The notes: generated by a model from the sequence alone, not told the origin. A stretch of DNA of 20,000 nt from an uncultured virus (IMG/VR IMGVR_UViG_3300032038_000056) (IMGVR_UViG_3300032038_000056), one strand, 5' to 3'. Positions 1 through 8,834 are shown, numbered from the stretch's first letter. Made by a program: numbers and translations.

Positions 1-60
1 GGCATCCTTGATGTGCTCGAAATAGGTCTTTGACAGAGAAGGGGAGGTGTAGTACATCAT
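1..60 (-). CDS. Partial hypothetical protein (5' end, MMYYTSPF...)
   Basis: ATG overlaps the TGA of the upstream gene (ATGA), GAGGAGG upstream, frame open to the window edge. Confidence 0.45.
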   Translation of the reverse strand, partial: MMYYTSPSLSKTYFEHIKDA

Positions 61-476
61 TTCCTCCTCGGTCTTGTCCAGACCCCTGCTTTAGGGGCGT
101 CGTGGTCAAAATACCAACTGAAACTATCGCTGGTCATAGAGATACTACCATCCTTCCCGATAAGGTAGTATTTGTATGTACCAGTAGGACGGTCATCCTT
201 CAGGATCGCTTCTCTGCCGAATGATTTGAACTCGTACTTCGGTCTGATGAACATCTCTGTCGTAACAGTGACCAACTGAAATGCTGGCCTTATAACGCCA
301 TTGGTAATCTTCGGGTTCTTGATGATGATAGTATCAAAATACCTCCCACCGAGTTCCCTACCAGACATTTGGGATGCTTTCTTACGTGCTTCCGTAAGAG
401 AAGTAAACCTTCCGTAAAAGTTCTTCTTGTTCGATGAATAAACATCGTAAGTCTGAGATGTTTTGTAGATCGGCAT
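57..476 (-). CDS. Hypothetical protein, array paralog family
   Basis: SLTEARKKA and YLIGKDGSI motifs; start moved to the ATG after GAAGTGA. Confidence 0.8.
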   Translation of the reverse strand: MPIYKTSQTYDVYSSNKKNFYGRFTSLTEARKKASQMSGRELGGRYFDTIIIKNPKITNGVIRPAFQLVTVTTEMFIRPKYEFKSFGREAILKDDRPTGTYKYYLIGKDGSISMTSDSFSWYFDHDAPKAGVWTRPRRK

Positions 477-481
477 TTTCT

Positions 482-1042
482 TCACTTCTTCTTAGGAGGA
501 TAATCCTTACTGATTTCGCTTACGTGGGAATATCTGAAATTTGCGGGTATCTCCTTGATTGATTCATAGGTCTTATCAAACCTTCCGATTGTCAGATACA
601 TATACTTCTTCTGTGTGGCAGAATATGTGTTCCATAAGGACTTTGCGTATTTGTATGCCGACTCATAGGTTCTAAAGTATTTCAGAGGAGGACGATAGTC
701 CTTATTTGGTATGACACCATCATATTCTCTCAAATTTGCCCACGGTTTGACGAAATACGAATAAGGCATGACCTTCTTTCCTTGGGGCGTCCTATATCTC
801 TCCACATACATTTTTCTAAGCAGAGAGACTGCTTTCTTCTCAATAGTCTTTGGAACATATTGCCATTGGGTATTGAACAACCCTCCTGTTACACGACCGT
901 TTTCATCGATCCCCGCGTAATACGCATACCATCCATCAGTTACCTGAACTTCGGCAATATAGACCCTACCATCACTTGCATCGTTTATCGCCCACTTTCC
1001 ATTGGGGGATTTCCATAGAAGTTTCATGTCTTTTGCTACCAT
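482..1042 (-). CDS. Hypothetical protein
   Basis: Long ORF tiling the array; RBS GGAAGTGA before MVAKD. Confidence 0.8.
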   Translation of the reverse strand: MVAKDMKLLWKSPNGKWAINDASDGRVYIAEVQVTDGWYAYYAGIDENGRVTGGLFNTQWQYVPKTIEKKAVSLLRKMYVERYRTPQGKKVMPYSYFVKPWANLREYDGVIPNKDYRPPLKYFRTYESAYKYAKSLWNTYSATQKKYMYLTIGRFDKTYESIKEIPANFRYSHVSEISKDYPPKKK

Positions 1043-1056
1043 TTTTTCACTTCCTC

Positions 1057-1386
1057 TCAAATTTCATACACAGTTCCGACTGGAACATCCATAGTACCAC
1101 GAATGACCTTCCTTGCGGTAGGCAGGAATGTTTCATCAGAGGATGTGGTGAATGACTTGTCGATCCTACCCGTCCTGTGGATTCCAAAATACCCGCTGTC
1201 AATGACGTTCTTGTAGGGGTCGTAACTATACCAGAGACACGTTGCGAATCCATAATCCATCAGATGCAGATTGGAACTCACAAGTTTCTTTGCACCTGTT
1301 TCTGTAGTACGATGCCCGATGAACATCCTACCACGCTTGCCGTTTGCCATCTTTACAGGGATAAATACAAAAAACATCTTTGCCAT
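1057..1386 (-). CDS. Hypothetical protein
   Basis: GAGGTGA RBS; TETGAKK helix-like motif. Confidence 0.8.
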   Translation of the reverse strand: MAKMFFVFIPVKMANGKRGRMFIGHRTTETGAKKLVSSNLHLMDYGFATCLWYSYDPYKNVIDSGYFGIHRTGRIDKSFTTSSDETFLPTARKVIRGTMDVPVGTVYEI

Positions 1387-1392
1387 ATTCTT

Positions 1393-1446
1393 TCACCTCA
1401 GTTCAGCACCCAGACTTCCGTCAGCGTAGATCTTGTATCTTACCAT
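1393..1446 (-). pseudogene. 17-aa mini-ORF or collapsed paralog MVRYKIYADGSLGAELR
   Basis: Hand translation; family-type N-terminus joined directly to the family C-terminal motif; ATG ~23 nt after a TATA box. Confidence 0.55.
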
Positions 1447-1468
1447 ATTTATTTGTATGGGGTACAGG

Positions 1469-1486
1469 ATATAAAAGAGTAACGTA
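1469..1486 (-). promoter_or_regulatory. Archaeal-type TATA promoter (TTTTATAT)
   Basis: TATA at 1469-1476, ATG at 1446, TTACGTTAC motif just upstream. Confidence 0.6.
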
Positions 1487-1496
1487 AAGATATTAC

Positions 1497-1508
1497 AAAA
1501 AAAGGGGG
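1497..1508 (-). terminator. Oligo-T terminator
   Basis: CCCCCTTTTTTT just after the stop of 1516..1920. Confidence 0.55.
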
Positions 1509-1515
1509 AATGGGG

Positions 1516-1920
1516 TCAAAGACCCATCGTTCTCTTGTTGGGATACGTGTAGTCGGAGATGACATCGCCAGACTTCTTCGACTTGATCCTCTGTGCGGTA
1601 ACGAACGTCAGATAGTTCGCACCAGGGATTCCAGCGAATGTTCCGCTGACCGAGAAGTACAGGGTGTTGTAGTATCCGTCGGACAGTTTTCCGCCCATCT
1701 CGGACTTGACCTCTACGGTGCGGGATTTGGATCTGTTCCTGACCATCGCTGTGAAACTGAGGTAGGAGTCCTTCGAGATATCGAACAACAGCATCTTGTG
1801 GCCGTTCTTCATCCCCTTCATATCCTGTTTGTCCTTGATCTCATCAACGGTCGCGTAGACCATCCCGTACACGATCCCTCTGAATCTTTCAGGCAGTTCG
1901 TCCAGTTGCATCCTTGTCAT
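1516..1920 (-). CDS. Hypothetical protein ending TMGL
   Basis: GGGGTGA RBS; ORF tiles the array. Confidence 0.8.
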   Translation of the reverse strand: MTRMQLDELPERFRGIVYGMVYATVDEIKDKQDMKGMKNGHKMLLFDISKDSYLSFTAMVRNRSKSRTVEVKSEMGGKLSDGYYNTLYFSVSGTFAGIPGANYLTFVTAQRIKSKKSGDVISDYTYPNKRTMGL

Positions 1921-1924
1921 ATCT

Positions 1925-2290
1925 TCACCCCATTAGGAATTGCTTTCTGCAATATGATATATATCCCTTTTGTGAATTTCCTTTCTCATACAATTTCTTT
2001 TCACTGATCTCTTTGTAATCAAAACTCTGAACGTAGATGTCCCCTTTGGAGTTCATTGTGTAATACCTGTTATTATCTATGTATGCTACCATCTTTTTTG
2101 TTTCTGTGTTATATACTTTACCATATTTACTGGTAGAGATATAACCGATAGGGGATGCATACGCAAATTTCAGCAAATCCTTGCGTGTTTTGAAATATTT
2201 TGCCCCTTCGTGACCGCTGACTCCAAATCCAGGCGCAGACGAACTGCTTGAGTACACATATTTCCATTTTCCGCTTTGAGTAGAAGTCAT
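1925..2290 (-). CDS. Hypothetical protein
   Basis: ATGA overlap with the upstream gene; YTMNSKGDI resembles the family motif. Confidence 0.8.
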   Translation of the reverse strand: MTSTQSGKWKYVYSSSSSAPGFGVSGHEGAKYFKTRKDLLKFAYASPIGYISTSKYGKVYNTETKKMVAYIDNNRYYTMNSKGDIYVQSFDYKEISEKKLYEKGNSQKGYISYCRKQFLMG

Positions 2291-2559
2291 ATTTTCACCA
2301 GTTTACCTTTGATTATGATGTAACTCCCGTGCAGTTCCCAGACGGGTCTGGTCACGACGGTATATCCGATGTGTCCGCTACCGCCGAATCTGTATTCTAC
2401 GCCTTTCTTGAGCGCAACGTTCTTGTGGATCATAACTTCAGAACCGTCGGGAAGGGTCTTAGCGAACATCTTTGCGGACGATAATGCATCCAGAGGGACT
2501 TCGTGCTGTCTTCCCGTAGGGGAGGTTCTGTACCATATCTTGTATTTCGTGTTAATCAT
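2287..2559 (-). CDS. Hypothetical protein
   Basis: GAGGT RBS; LSSAKMFA motif. Confidence 0.8.
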   Translation of the reverse strand: MINTKYKIWYRTSPTGRQHEVPLDALSSAKMFAKTLPDGSEVMIHKNVALKKGVEYRFGGSGHIGYTVVTRPVWELHGSYIIIKGKLVKI

Positions 2560-2571
2560 AGCCTTACCTCT

Positions 2572-2898
2572 TTATGATTTGATCATTCTCCACCCAATCT
2601 TTCCGAGTTTTCCATTGGGGGGTATCGTGTAACTGTACTTTTCGGTATTTCTCGAACTTTCATACTGAGGTGTGAATGAAGGGGACACCCAACATACACC
2701 TATGATATACCGTGAATCCCCTCCAGAATCATCGCGGAGATCCTGTCTGATCTGTGCTCCTTTTCCAGCGGGATATTTGTATACATCGTATATGGTGTAA
2801 TCATACGATTTCTGTTTAAGAGATCTGTATGCAAATGCCAGAGCCTCTGACATTGTACCAAATTCCTTGAAGATTCTTCCAGTGTTTATACCGTACAT
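2572..2898 (-). CDS. Hypothetical protein, array paralog family
   Basis: TMSEALAFA and YTIPPNGKLGK motifs; start 4 nt after the upstream PFGL stop. Confidence 0.8.
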   Translation of the reverse strand: MYGINTGRIFKEFGTMSEALAFAYRSLKQKSYDYTIYDVYKYPAGKGAQIRQDLRDDSGGDSRYIIGVCWVSPSFTPQYESSRNTEKYSYTIPPNGKLGKIGWRMIKS

Positions 2899-2902
2899 CT
2901 CA

Positions 2903-3235
2903 TCACAATCCGAATGGATGCGGTTTTGCATCCTTCCTTTTCTTTCTCTTATTCGTAGTGCCGTCCAGATTCAGATGATGTGCGCCAGAACCGTTGCCGC
3001 TCCAGTTGAACCACGAGAACCCGCCAGAGGCATTCTTACGGACGTATCCGCAAACTGTTCCGTCCGAAAATACACCAATCTCATGTTTCTTGCCGTCCGC
3101 TCCAAAACGCCCGTTCATTAGGATCTCTATAGCGGACGCTCTTACTCTTTCGAGTCCTGTTATATCCCCTGTAAGGAATCTCTCGGTCTGCCCGTCAAGA
3201 TCTCCGATGCGGTAAAGGTAGAGCGAATACATCAT
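2903..3235 (-). CDS. Paralog-family protein with C-terminal HPFGL tag
   Basis: LERVRASA, LNLDGT, ends KRKKRKDAKPHPFGL. Confidence 0.85.
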   Translation of the reverse strand: MMYSLYLYRIGDLDGQTERFLTGDITGLERVRASAIEILMNGRFGADGKKHEIGVFSDGTVCGYVRKNASGGFSWFNWSGNGSGAHHLNLDGTTNKRKKRKDAKPHPFGL

Positions 3236-3236
3236 A

Positions 3237-3554
3237 TCACATCCTCTTTCCAAATGTCCTATACAGGTTTTCAACGGATTCAGAGGTCAATGCCTCCGAA
3301 ATCCTGTCAGCGTATTGCACTGCTTTTTTGAGTGAATCGAGTTCAAGTGTATACTTCTTGTAGACACTGACCATACCTTTTATCGGAGACCACATGGATG
3401 CCACATACCCGCTGGCCTTCTTATTTATCCTCCAATAGTAGTTATAAGTCCCTATCTTCGGGATGTTTATCCCTATATCGTATCCCCATATAGAAGGTTC
3501 TTTGCTGATGATGTACGTTCTTCCGTAATTTCCGATGACGTATGATATGGCCAT
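3237..3554 (-). CDS. Hypothetical protein
   Basis: GAGGAGAGG RBS; DSLKKAVQYA motif near the C-terminus. Confidence 0.8.
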   Translation of the reverse strand: MAISYVIGNYGRTYIISKEPSIWGYDIGINIPKIGTYNYYWRINKKASGYVASMWSPIKGMVSVYKKYTLELDSLKKAVQYADRISEALTSESVENLYRTFGKRM

Positions 3555-3564
3555 ATCCCTCTCC

Positions 3565-3906
3565 TCACAGTCCGAACGGTGCTGGCTCGGTTTTCTTCTT
3601 CGTGTACGATTTGATGCGGTTCATAGCCTCCCTCTCGGTCAGAAGAACCTTTCTGGACAGACCAGTGAACTCGTACATATACGTCCTTCTCTCGCTGTCG
3701 TACCACTTGTACCCCCTGACGACAGCAACCGTTTCGTGTACCCCTCTGGAGGAAATCTTGTCGATGGTGGCGTAATAATACGCACCTTCCTCTACCGATC
3801 TGGAAGTCAGTCTTTTCAGCCACCAGAGTCCTTCTCTGATGACCTTGTTCTCAATCGCTGTACGCGATGCGGTTGTATATGAGTCCCCTGTCGTATACTC
3901 GGTCAT
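3565..3906 (-). CDS. Hypothetical protein with C-terminal APFGL tag
   Basis: Ends KKKTEPAPFGL. Confidence 0.85.
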   Translation of the reverse strand: MTEYTTGDSYTTASRTAIENKVIREGLWWLKRLTSRSVEEGAYYYATIDKISSRGVHETVAVVRGYKWYDSERRTYMYEFTGLSRKVLLTEREAMNRIKSYTKKKTEPAPFGL

Positions 3907-3907
3907 T

Positions 3908-4228
3908 TTACCACTTTTTCAGTTTGCCGTTCGTGAACAGTCCATGTCTACCGTTATGCACCCAGTACCATTCATGAGTTCCTTCGTATCTGAACTTGGG
4001 ATTCCTCCAATAGATGTTTTCTTCGACTACGCCAGCAATCTTGTTGCCAGATGGGTCGAGGTATATGTACGGTCCTGTGGATTTACCCTTGACCTTACCA
4101 GACTGTAGTGCGATGGATCTTGCTCTTGCCTTTTCGAGAGATGTATAAGGGCGGGCATAATGCTCGTAGAGGTTGCGGTCCCATCCCCTTCCCCCTCTTA
4201 ATTTATGTTCAATTACATAGTAGGTCAT
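3908..4228 (-). CDS. Hypothetical protein, array paralog family
   Basis: MTYYVIE start, SLEKARARS, FTNGKL. Confidence 0.85.
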   Translation of the reverse strand: MTYYVIEHKLRGGRGWDRNLYEHYARPYTSLEKARARSIALQSGKVKGKSTGPYIYLDPSGNKIAGVVEENIYWRNPKFRYEGTHEWYWVHNGRHGLFTNGKLKKW

Positions 4229-4232
4229 ATTA

Positions 4233-4622
4233 TCACAATCCGAACGGTGCTGGTTTGCTCTTGTTCTTCTTCCTCTTCTCCTGTCTCTCACGGGTCTCAT
4301 CGGAGTCATATGCCCATCCTTTGAGTGCCTTGACCATCTGTGCCTCGGTCATATCTTTCAGCGACGGGAATATAAGAGGTATCTCGGACAGGGGGATCAC
4401 AACAGCATCGCTGTCCTTTATGCGCGTGCCGTATTCCCTCTCGGCATCGAATACGACTGCGGTCTTGTTCCTCAGTGCGCCCAGATAGGTTCTGAACACC
4501 TGTGAGACCGCTAGACCCTTGCCCTTGACCTCCATTACGATGACGTGGGGTTTCTTCATCTGTGTGGAGGTAGGCACGTATGCATCTTCCAGATAGGATC
4601 CAGGGAACTTGTATTTGGCCAT
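4233..4622 (-). CDS. Hypothetical protein with C-terminal APFGL tag
   Basis: Ends KRKKNKSKPAPFGL; body lacks the family motifs. Confidence 0.85.
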   Translation of the reverse strand: MAKYKFPGSYLEDAYVPTSTQMKKPHVIVMEVKGKGLAVSQVFRTYLGALRNKTAVVFDAEREYGTRIKDSDAVVIPLSEIPLIFPSLKDMTEAQMVKALKGWAYDSDETRERQEKRKKNKSKPAPFGL

Positions 4623-4635
4623 TCAATCCCCCTTC

Positions 4636-4974
4636 TTACTGTCTCTTCTTTTTGAGGAACTGCTCTCTGTGTTCCTTGATTTGTTCCACAACCCAATCGG
4701 TATCCTTTTTGATGACCCCGTAGAGATCGCCAGTCGAATCCATACTATACAGTTTACCGTTGCTGTACCACACCAAATGTTCATCGTAGTGGTTGTTGCG
4801 ACCGATGGTGTAGTATTCCATCGTTGCACCGACATAACGGTTCTCGTTGTAGATCATAGCGATACGACCACCGCGAAGTCCGTCGCTGAAGAACATATCG
4901 TAACTCTTCCCTCTCGCACCGTTAAGGGTCTTGGCTGATGCCTTCTTTCCTTTGCAATAGATGTAGTAGGTCAT
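4636..4974 (-). CDS. Hypothetical protein, array paralog family
   Basis: MTYYIY start, TLNGARGKS, YSMDSTGDL. Confidence 0.85.
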   Translation of the reverse strand: MTYYIYCKGKKASAKTLNGARGKSYDMFFSDGLRGGRIAMIYNENRYVGATMEYYTIGRNNHYDEHLVWYSNGKLYSMDSTGDLYGVIKKDTDWVVEQIKEHREQFLKKKRQ

Positions 4975-4978
4975 ATTA

Positions 4979-5263
4979 TCATAATCCGAAAGGATGCCAC
5001 TCCTTGTTCTTGTTCTTCTTGAACTCGGACGTAAGCCCGTTCTCGTGCAGTCTGAGTTTCTTCCCGAAGACCGTCTCATAGTACGAACCGTTCTTTGAAT
5101 AGTGGCACGTACCGACCCATTTCTGTCCGTTGTAGATGTATGCCTCGTTGCCGTATCTACCGCCAGACAGGATGAAGTAAGCGTTCCTGCGTGCCTCGAT
5201 CAGCGTCATACCCGCTCTCTCACGGATCCCAGAGGCTTTCTCATATTCGACCCAATAGACCAT
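4979..5263 (-). CDS. Paralog-family protein with EWHPFGL tag
   Basis: MVYWVEY, TLIEARRNA, ends KKNKNKEWHPFGL. Confidence 0.85.
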   Translation of the reverse strand: MVYWVEYEKASGIRERAGMTLIEARRNAYFILSGGRYGNEAYIYNGQKWVGTCHYSKNGSYYETVFGKKLRLHENGLTSEFKKNKNKEWHPFGL

Positions 5264-5269
5264 TTTCAA

Positions 5270-5311
5270 TCACCTGTATAGTGTACCGTCTTTTAAGATA
5301 TAATATCTTTC
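5270..5311 (-). pseudogene. Remnant paralog C-terminus ERYYILKDGTLYR
   Basis: In frame immediately after the TGA of 5312..5581; matches the family C-terminal motif. Confidence 0.5.
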
Positions 5312-5581
5312 TCAAGTCTTCCTTATGACCCCTTCCGAGTTCACGAAATATGCACTGCGGGTCTTGGCATCCGACCAGATGAAATCTCCCCTGTCCTCGT
5401 CGAACGTAACGAACCCTATGGGGAATCTGGAGGTCTTGCTGAGGAAGATCCACGCGACCCTTCCGATACCGACTGTCTTGACCGCCTTTCCGCGTGCCAC
5501 GTTGATGCGTTCGGTGTGTACGTCCTTGCGCTTATCCAAGGGCTTTCCCTTGTAATCCGTGTACTCTATCCAGTATGACAT
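5312..5581 (-). CDS. Hypothetical protein, array paralog family
   Basis: MSYWIEY, INVARGKA, YFVNSEGVI; GAGGTG RBS. Confidence 0.85.
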   Translation of the reverse strand: MSYWIEYTDYKGKPLDKRKDVHTERINVARGKAVKTVGIGRVAWIFLSKTSRFPIGFVTFDEDRGDFIWSDAKTRSAYFVNSEGVIRKT

Positions 5582-5590
5582 TCGGACACC

Positions 5591-5875
5591 TCAATCGAGT
5601 TTCCTTCCCAGAGTTCCGTCTGGGTTCATGAGGTATGTTGTGCCTTTACTCCCCCCGTAGGAGATGTAGATGGGTGTCGCATATTTGTTGTATCTTTTAC
5701 CCATCACAACACCGAGTGCAGTCCATCCCTTATTGTGTTTTGCCTTCTCATTACGGGCGCATACATAGATTTCGTTGCATCTTTTTCTGTATGCATTCTC
5801 TCTGGCCTCGGTGATTGTATCATATTCTTCTTTGAACCACTTTTTATCAGAATTGTTCCATAACATATATCTCAT
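5591..5875 (-). CDS. Hypothetical protein, array paralog family
   Basis: TITEARENA, YLMNPDGTLGRK; GAGGTGA RBS. Confidence 0.85.
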   Translation of the reverse strand: MRYMLWNNSDKKWFKEEYDTITEARENAYRKRCNEIYVCARNEKAKHNKGWTALGVVMGKRYNKYATPIYISYGGSKGTTYLMNPDGTLGRKLD

Positions 5876-5885
5876 TACGCTCACC

Positions 5886-6260
5886 TCACGGGGTCAGATC
5901 CTTCCTCTTGACCTTCTCGCCCAATGCACCAGTGGATGGATTGACCTTGTAGCGATATGTCCTCTTATGCTCGATTTCGCAGTAGTACCCTTTCTTTTTA
6001 GTGTTGTTGTTATAATCCCACGATATCTTCTCTACGAGTATGCCTTCATATCCTCTGTGATACTCGTAGATGAAGCACTTGGCGTAGAACCACCTGCTGT
6101 TCTCCTTGATGAGTTTCACAGCGTCCACTCTGGCCTTTTCCAAGGACTGATACTCGCCCTTCTCCACGCCTTTCGAGGGGTATCTGCTACCGCCGAACAG
6201 AATGGGCTGGATGGTGTATTTGCGGAACTTTCCGATGAATCCGTCTTCTGGATAGTACAT
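5886..6260 (-). CDS. Hypothetical protein, array paralog family
   Basis: SLEKARVDA, YKVNPSTGALGEK. Confidence 0.85.
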   Translation of the reverse strand: MYYPEDGFIGKFRKYTIQPILFGGSRYPSKGVEKGEYQSLEKARVDAVKLIKENSRWFYAKCFIYEYHRGYEGILVEKISWDYNNNTKKKGYYCEIEHKRTYRYKVNPSTGALGEKVKRKDLTP

Positions 6261-6274
6261 TTCAATCCCTTACC

Positions 6275-6655
6275 TCACAATCCATACACATAATTTGAGG
6301 GATGCCAAGGTTCAACCTCTTCCTTAGAGACTTTACGACCGAGAGTGCCGTCAGAATTGAGGATGTACGCCTCCATACTGTTGTGCAGGAGTTTGCGCCA
6401 ATAGATCTTACCGTTACGGCAGAACACGACACCAATCGACATCATCTTCCTTTCAAGATAAGGATCAGATTTTCCATACGTGGAATATATCTTTATGCCG
6501 TTGCCCATCTTCTTACGTGTACTCATCATACGGTACGCCCATTTACGTACATCGGTAAGTGCGCTGTTCTTATCCCATATGGCCTCATTGAACTCATGGG
6601 AAAGGTTCGGTGCGTATCTGTTGCCGATGATTACATCTCCTGTGTATATTGCCAT
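6275..6655 (-). CDS. Paralog-family protein ending WHPSNYVYGL
   Basis: LTDVRKWA, YILNSDGTLGRK; variant tag. Confidence 0.85.
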   Translation of the reverse strand: MAIYTGDVIIGNRYAPNLSHEFNEAIWDKNSALTDVRKWAYRMMSTRKKMGNGIKIYSTYGKSDPYLERKMMSIGVVFCRNGKIYWRKLLHNSMEAYILNSDGTLGRKVSKEEVEPWHPSNYVYGL

Positions 6656-6665
6656 TTTTCTCACC

Positions 6666-6986
6666 TCACAGCCCGAACGGGTGTGCTGTTCCTTTCTTCT
6701 TTACGATAGGTCTGCCCGTGTCGGGATTGACCGCTTTTCCAGAGTCACGAACGAACCTTCCACCCGTATAGGATACTGTGTCAAAATACTCATAGTATTC
6801 CAACGCGCCACCATTGTAAAGACGCAGGATCATAACATAATAAGGGGATAGGGGTCTGTCAATACCTTTCCCACGGATCCACCAGCACGCATACTTGATG
6901 GCATTATAGGGAGAGTCCACGGACATAACCTCTGACTCCTCTTTGTTCGTCATAGCGTTTCTCAAAATAAATCTGTATTCTACCAT
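6666..6986 (-). CDS. Hypothetical protein with HPFGL tag
   Basis: Ends KKKGTAHPFGL. Confidence 0.85.
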   Translation of the reverse strand: MVEYRFILRNAMTNKEESEVMSVDSPYNAIKYACWWIRGKGIDRPLSPYYVMILRLYNGGALEYYEYFDTVSYTGGRFVRDSGKAVNPDTGRPIVKKKGTAHPFGL

Positions 6987-7294
6987 TATATCCACTTCCA
7001 CTCCCTGTTATAATCAAGCAGTTTGCCATTGACAGGGGATACCCTGTATGTCCTGTTCCTGGCCCACTGATGAATGTGATAGCCGTTCAGCAGTTCCCCT
7101 GTGATGATCCTGTAGTTATGATAGTACGTGATGTCCTCGATGGGATGGCTGAACATCTTTGACGGATCATATATCGCAACCCTCTTGCCAGGGTTCTTCT
7201 TTGCGATGGCACACGCCTTGACGCGGGTATCCTCAAGTCTCTTGGATCCGAGTACCCTGTCTCCCTTTCCGAATATCTCTATCAAGTAAGTCAT
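6986..7294 (-). CDS. Hypothetical protein, array paralog family
   Basis: MTYLIE, LEDTRVKA, YRVSPVNGKL. Confidence 0.85.
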   Translation of the reverse strand: MTYLIEIFGKGDRVLGSKRLEDTRVKACAIAKKNPGKRVAIYDPSKMFSHPIEDITYYHNYRIITGELLNGYHIHQWARNRTYRVSPVNGKLLDYNREWKWI

Positions 7295-7620
7295 ATCTTT
7301 CCCTTCCTGATTGAACCATTCCTGTATAGTGTGTAATATTTCCCACTCCAGTAAGGCACATAGGCTACCCAGAAATCATTACCAGAACCCAATGTCCCGA
7401 CAGATCCGCAGACATATTCTTCCCCATCCCTTTCCACAGAGCATACCGCAACGATAGTAGAGGATGATCTGGCTAGATGGTGCTTCGGACTCAATGCAAT
7501 CTTGCTGTATGCGTAGGCACGGGCTTCCGTAAGGCTGTTGAACTGCCTATTGACTACCTTTTTGCGCGGGATGTCCTTATTGTCGTTCTTATACCAATAC
7601 AATACGTATCCGTCTATCAT
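7291..7620 (-). CDS. Hypothetical protein, array paralog family
   Basis: SLTEARAYA, YTLYRNGSI; start 4 nt after the upstream PFGL stop. Confidence 0.85.
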   Translation of the reverse strand: MIDGYVLYWYKNDNKDIPRKKVVNRQFNSLTEARAYAYSKIALSPKHHLARSSSTIVAVCSVERDGEEYVCGSVGTLGSGNDFWVAYVPYWSGKYYTLYRNGSIRKGKI

Positions 7621-7624
7621 AGTA

Positions 7625-7903
7625 TCACAGTCCGAACGGCAGATTAGACTTCTTCTTTTTCTTATACAGATTCCTGTACTCCGAGCCAATAGGCATAGCG
7701 AGACGGGTATTCGTGTAGATGACGGTCCACTGATACGGTTTTCTGTCACGCACATACTCTTGGAGTTCGATAGGGTACTCCGCACTCGCCTTGCACCTCT
7801 GGTCGTAATACCTTAGTGCTTCCGTGTATGAGAGGAACTCTCTGGATGTCATTCTGTCCCCAAATCTTATGACCTTGTAGAAATGATCCGATGTGTATTC
7901 CAT
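7625..7903 (-). CDS. Hypothetical protein with LPFGL tag
   Basis: Ends KKKKKSNLPFGL; GAGGTGA RBS. Confidence 0.85.
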   Translation of the reverse strand: MEYTSDHFYKVIRFGDRMTSREFLSYTEALRYYDQRCKASAEYPIELQEYVRDRKPYQWTVIYTNTRLAMPIGSEYRNLYKKKKKSNLPFGL

Positions 7904-7912
7904 TGTTTCACC

Positions 7913-8215
7913 TCACAGTCCGAACGGATGCCATTCTTTCTTTTTCGTCTTCTTAGCGAACGTCCCGTCTGCATTTATGCGTCTCTCTCTTCCGTCAGTG
8001 GTCTCGTATGTATATTCTATGATACCATAATGGTTATACTTGCTGACAATTCCTATAAGAAGTCCAGATTCGTTGTTTCTGACCCACATCTCTCCGTTGC
8101 ACCCTCCTGCGTTGATGATTATCTTCCTTGCCATCGTTTCAGTGGTTGCATTGGCATAAGACTCACGGTTTTTGTCATAAACGACAGAATATTTGTAGAA
8201 CAGATGTCCGCTCAT
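7913..8215 (-). CDS. Paralog-family protein with EWHPFGL tag
   Basis: ETMARK, INADGTF, ends KKTKKKEWHPFGL. Confidence 0.85.
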   Translation of the reverse strand: MSGHLFYKYSVVYDKNRESYANATTETMARKIIINAGGCNGEMWVRNNESGLLIGIVSKYNHYGIIEYTYETTDGRERRINADGTFAKKTKKKEWHPFGL

Positions 8216-8216
8216 T

Positions 8217-8522
8217 TCAATCCCTCACAGAGCCGTCCCCGTTCAGAATGTGTTTCCTGTTATCGTGGTAGTAATCGTACCAGATGAACTGTCCGTTCTC
8301 CCTCTTCACGACACCAGCGACAGGATTCATAATCCTCCCGCCGAATATTGCAACGACCTTGACGGAGTAATGTTCATCGAGGTATCTGTATGCGCCAGCA
8401 CGTGCATTCTTTATTCCCGTGAACCTCTTTGAATCCCCAGAACTGTTCTTGACCCTGTGGTACTGTCCGTTGATAGGGCATTTGTATTCAAGGCTGTACG
8501 TTTTGTATGATGCGTTTGCCAT
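8217..8522 (-). CDS. Hypothetical protein, array paralog family (probably leaderless)
   Basis: GIKNARAGA, ILNGDGSV; no RBS, ATG ~20 nt after TATA. Confidence 0.85.
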   Translation of the reverse strand: MANASYKTYSLEYKCPINGQYHRVKNSSGDSKRFTGIKNARAGAYRYLDEHYSVKVVAIFGGRIMNPVAGVVKRENGQFIWYDYYHDNRKHILNGDGSVRD

Positions 8523-8541
8523 ACATCTGAAACGTTGTAGG

Positions 8542-8563
8542 TATATTTAAAAGTGTATTACGT
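8542..8563 (-). promoter_or_regulatory. TATA promoter with upstream ACGTAATAC motif
   Basis: TTTTAAATATA at 8542-8552; GTATTACGT (+ strand) at 8555-8563. Confidence 0.65.
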
Positions 8564-8581
8564 AAAAAGAGGAAAAGGTTT
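8564..8581 (-). terminator. Pyrimidine/oligo-T terminator
   Basis: AAACCTTTTCCTCTTTTT, similar to 11889-11907 and 12268-12284. Confidence 0.55.
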
Positions 8582-8597
8582 CAGCGGTGCTTGAACT

Positions 8598-8834
8598 TCA
8601 GTAGATCCTCTCACCGAGAGTTCCGTCCTTGTTCAGTCTCCACATACAGCCGTCAGTGGATTTCCAATATCTCTTTTTCATTCTGTAATACACCGCACCG
8701 ACATAGAGTTTGGTGTGTGCGCCATACTTAGAGACATCTACCGCATAGATGTTCTTGTTCACTCTGGATGCAGCGTATGCCCTTGCCTCGTCCAGCGTAT
8801 CAAACTCTTTTGCTCCGACAACATATATTGCCAT
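8598..8834 (-). CDS. Hypothetical protein, array paralog family
   Basis: TLDEARAYA, RLNKDGTLGER; GAGGTGA RBS. Confidence 0.85.
   Translation of the reverse strand: MAIYVVGAKEFDTLDEARAYAASRVNKNIYAVDVSKYGAHTKLYVGAVYYRMKKRYWKSTDGCMWRLNKDGTLGERIY

Noticed and set aside
7913..7930. TCC-GTTC-GGA mini-hairpin in the tag
   Set aside because: The stem is only 3-4 bp and is not kept in all copies.
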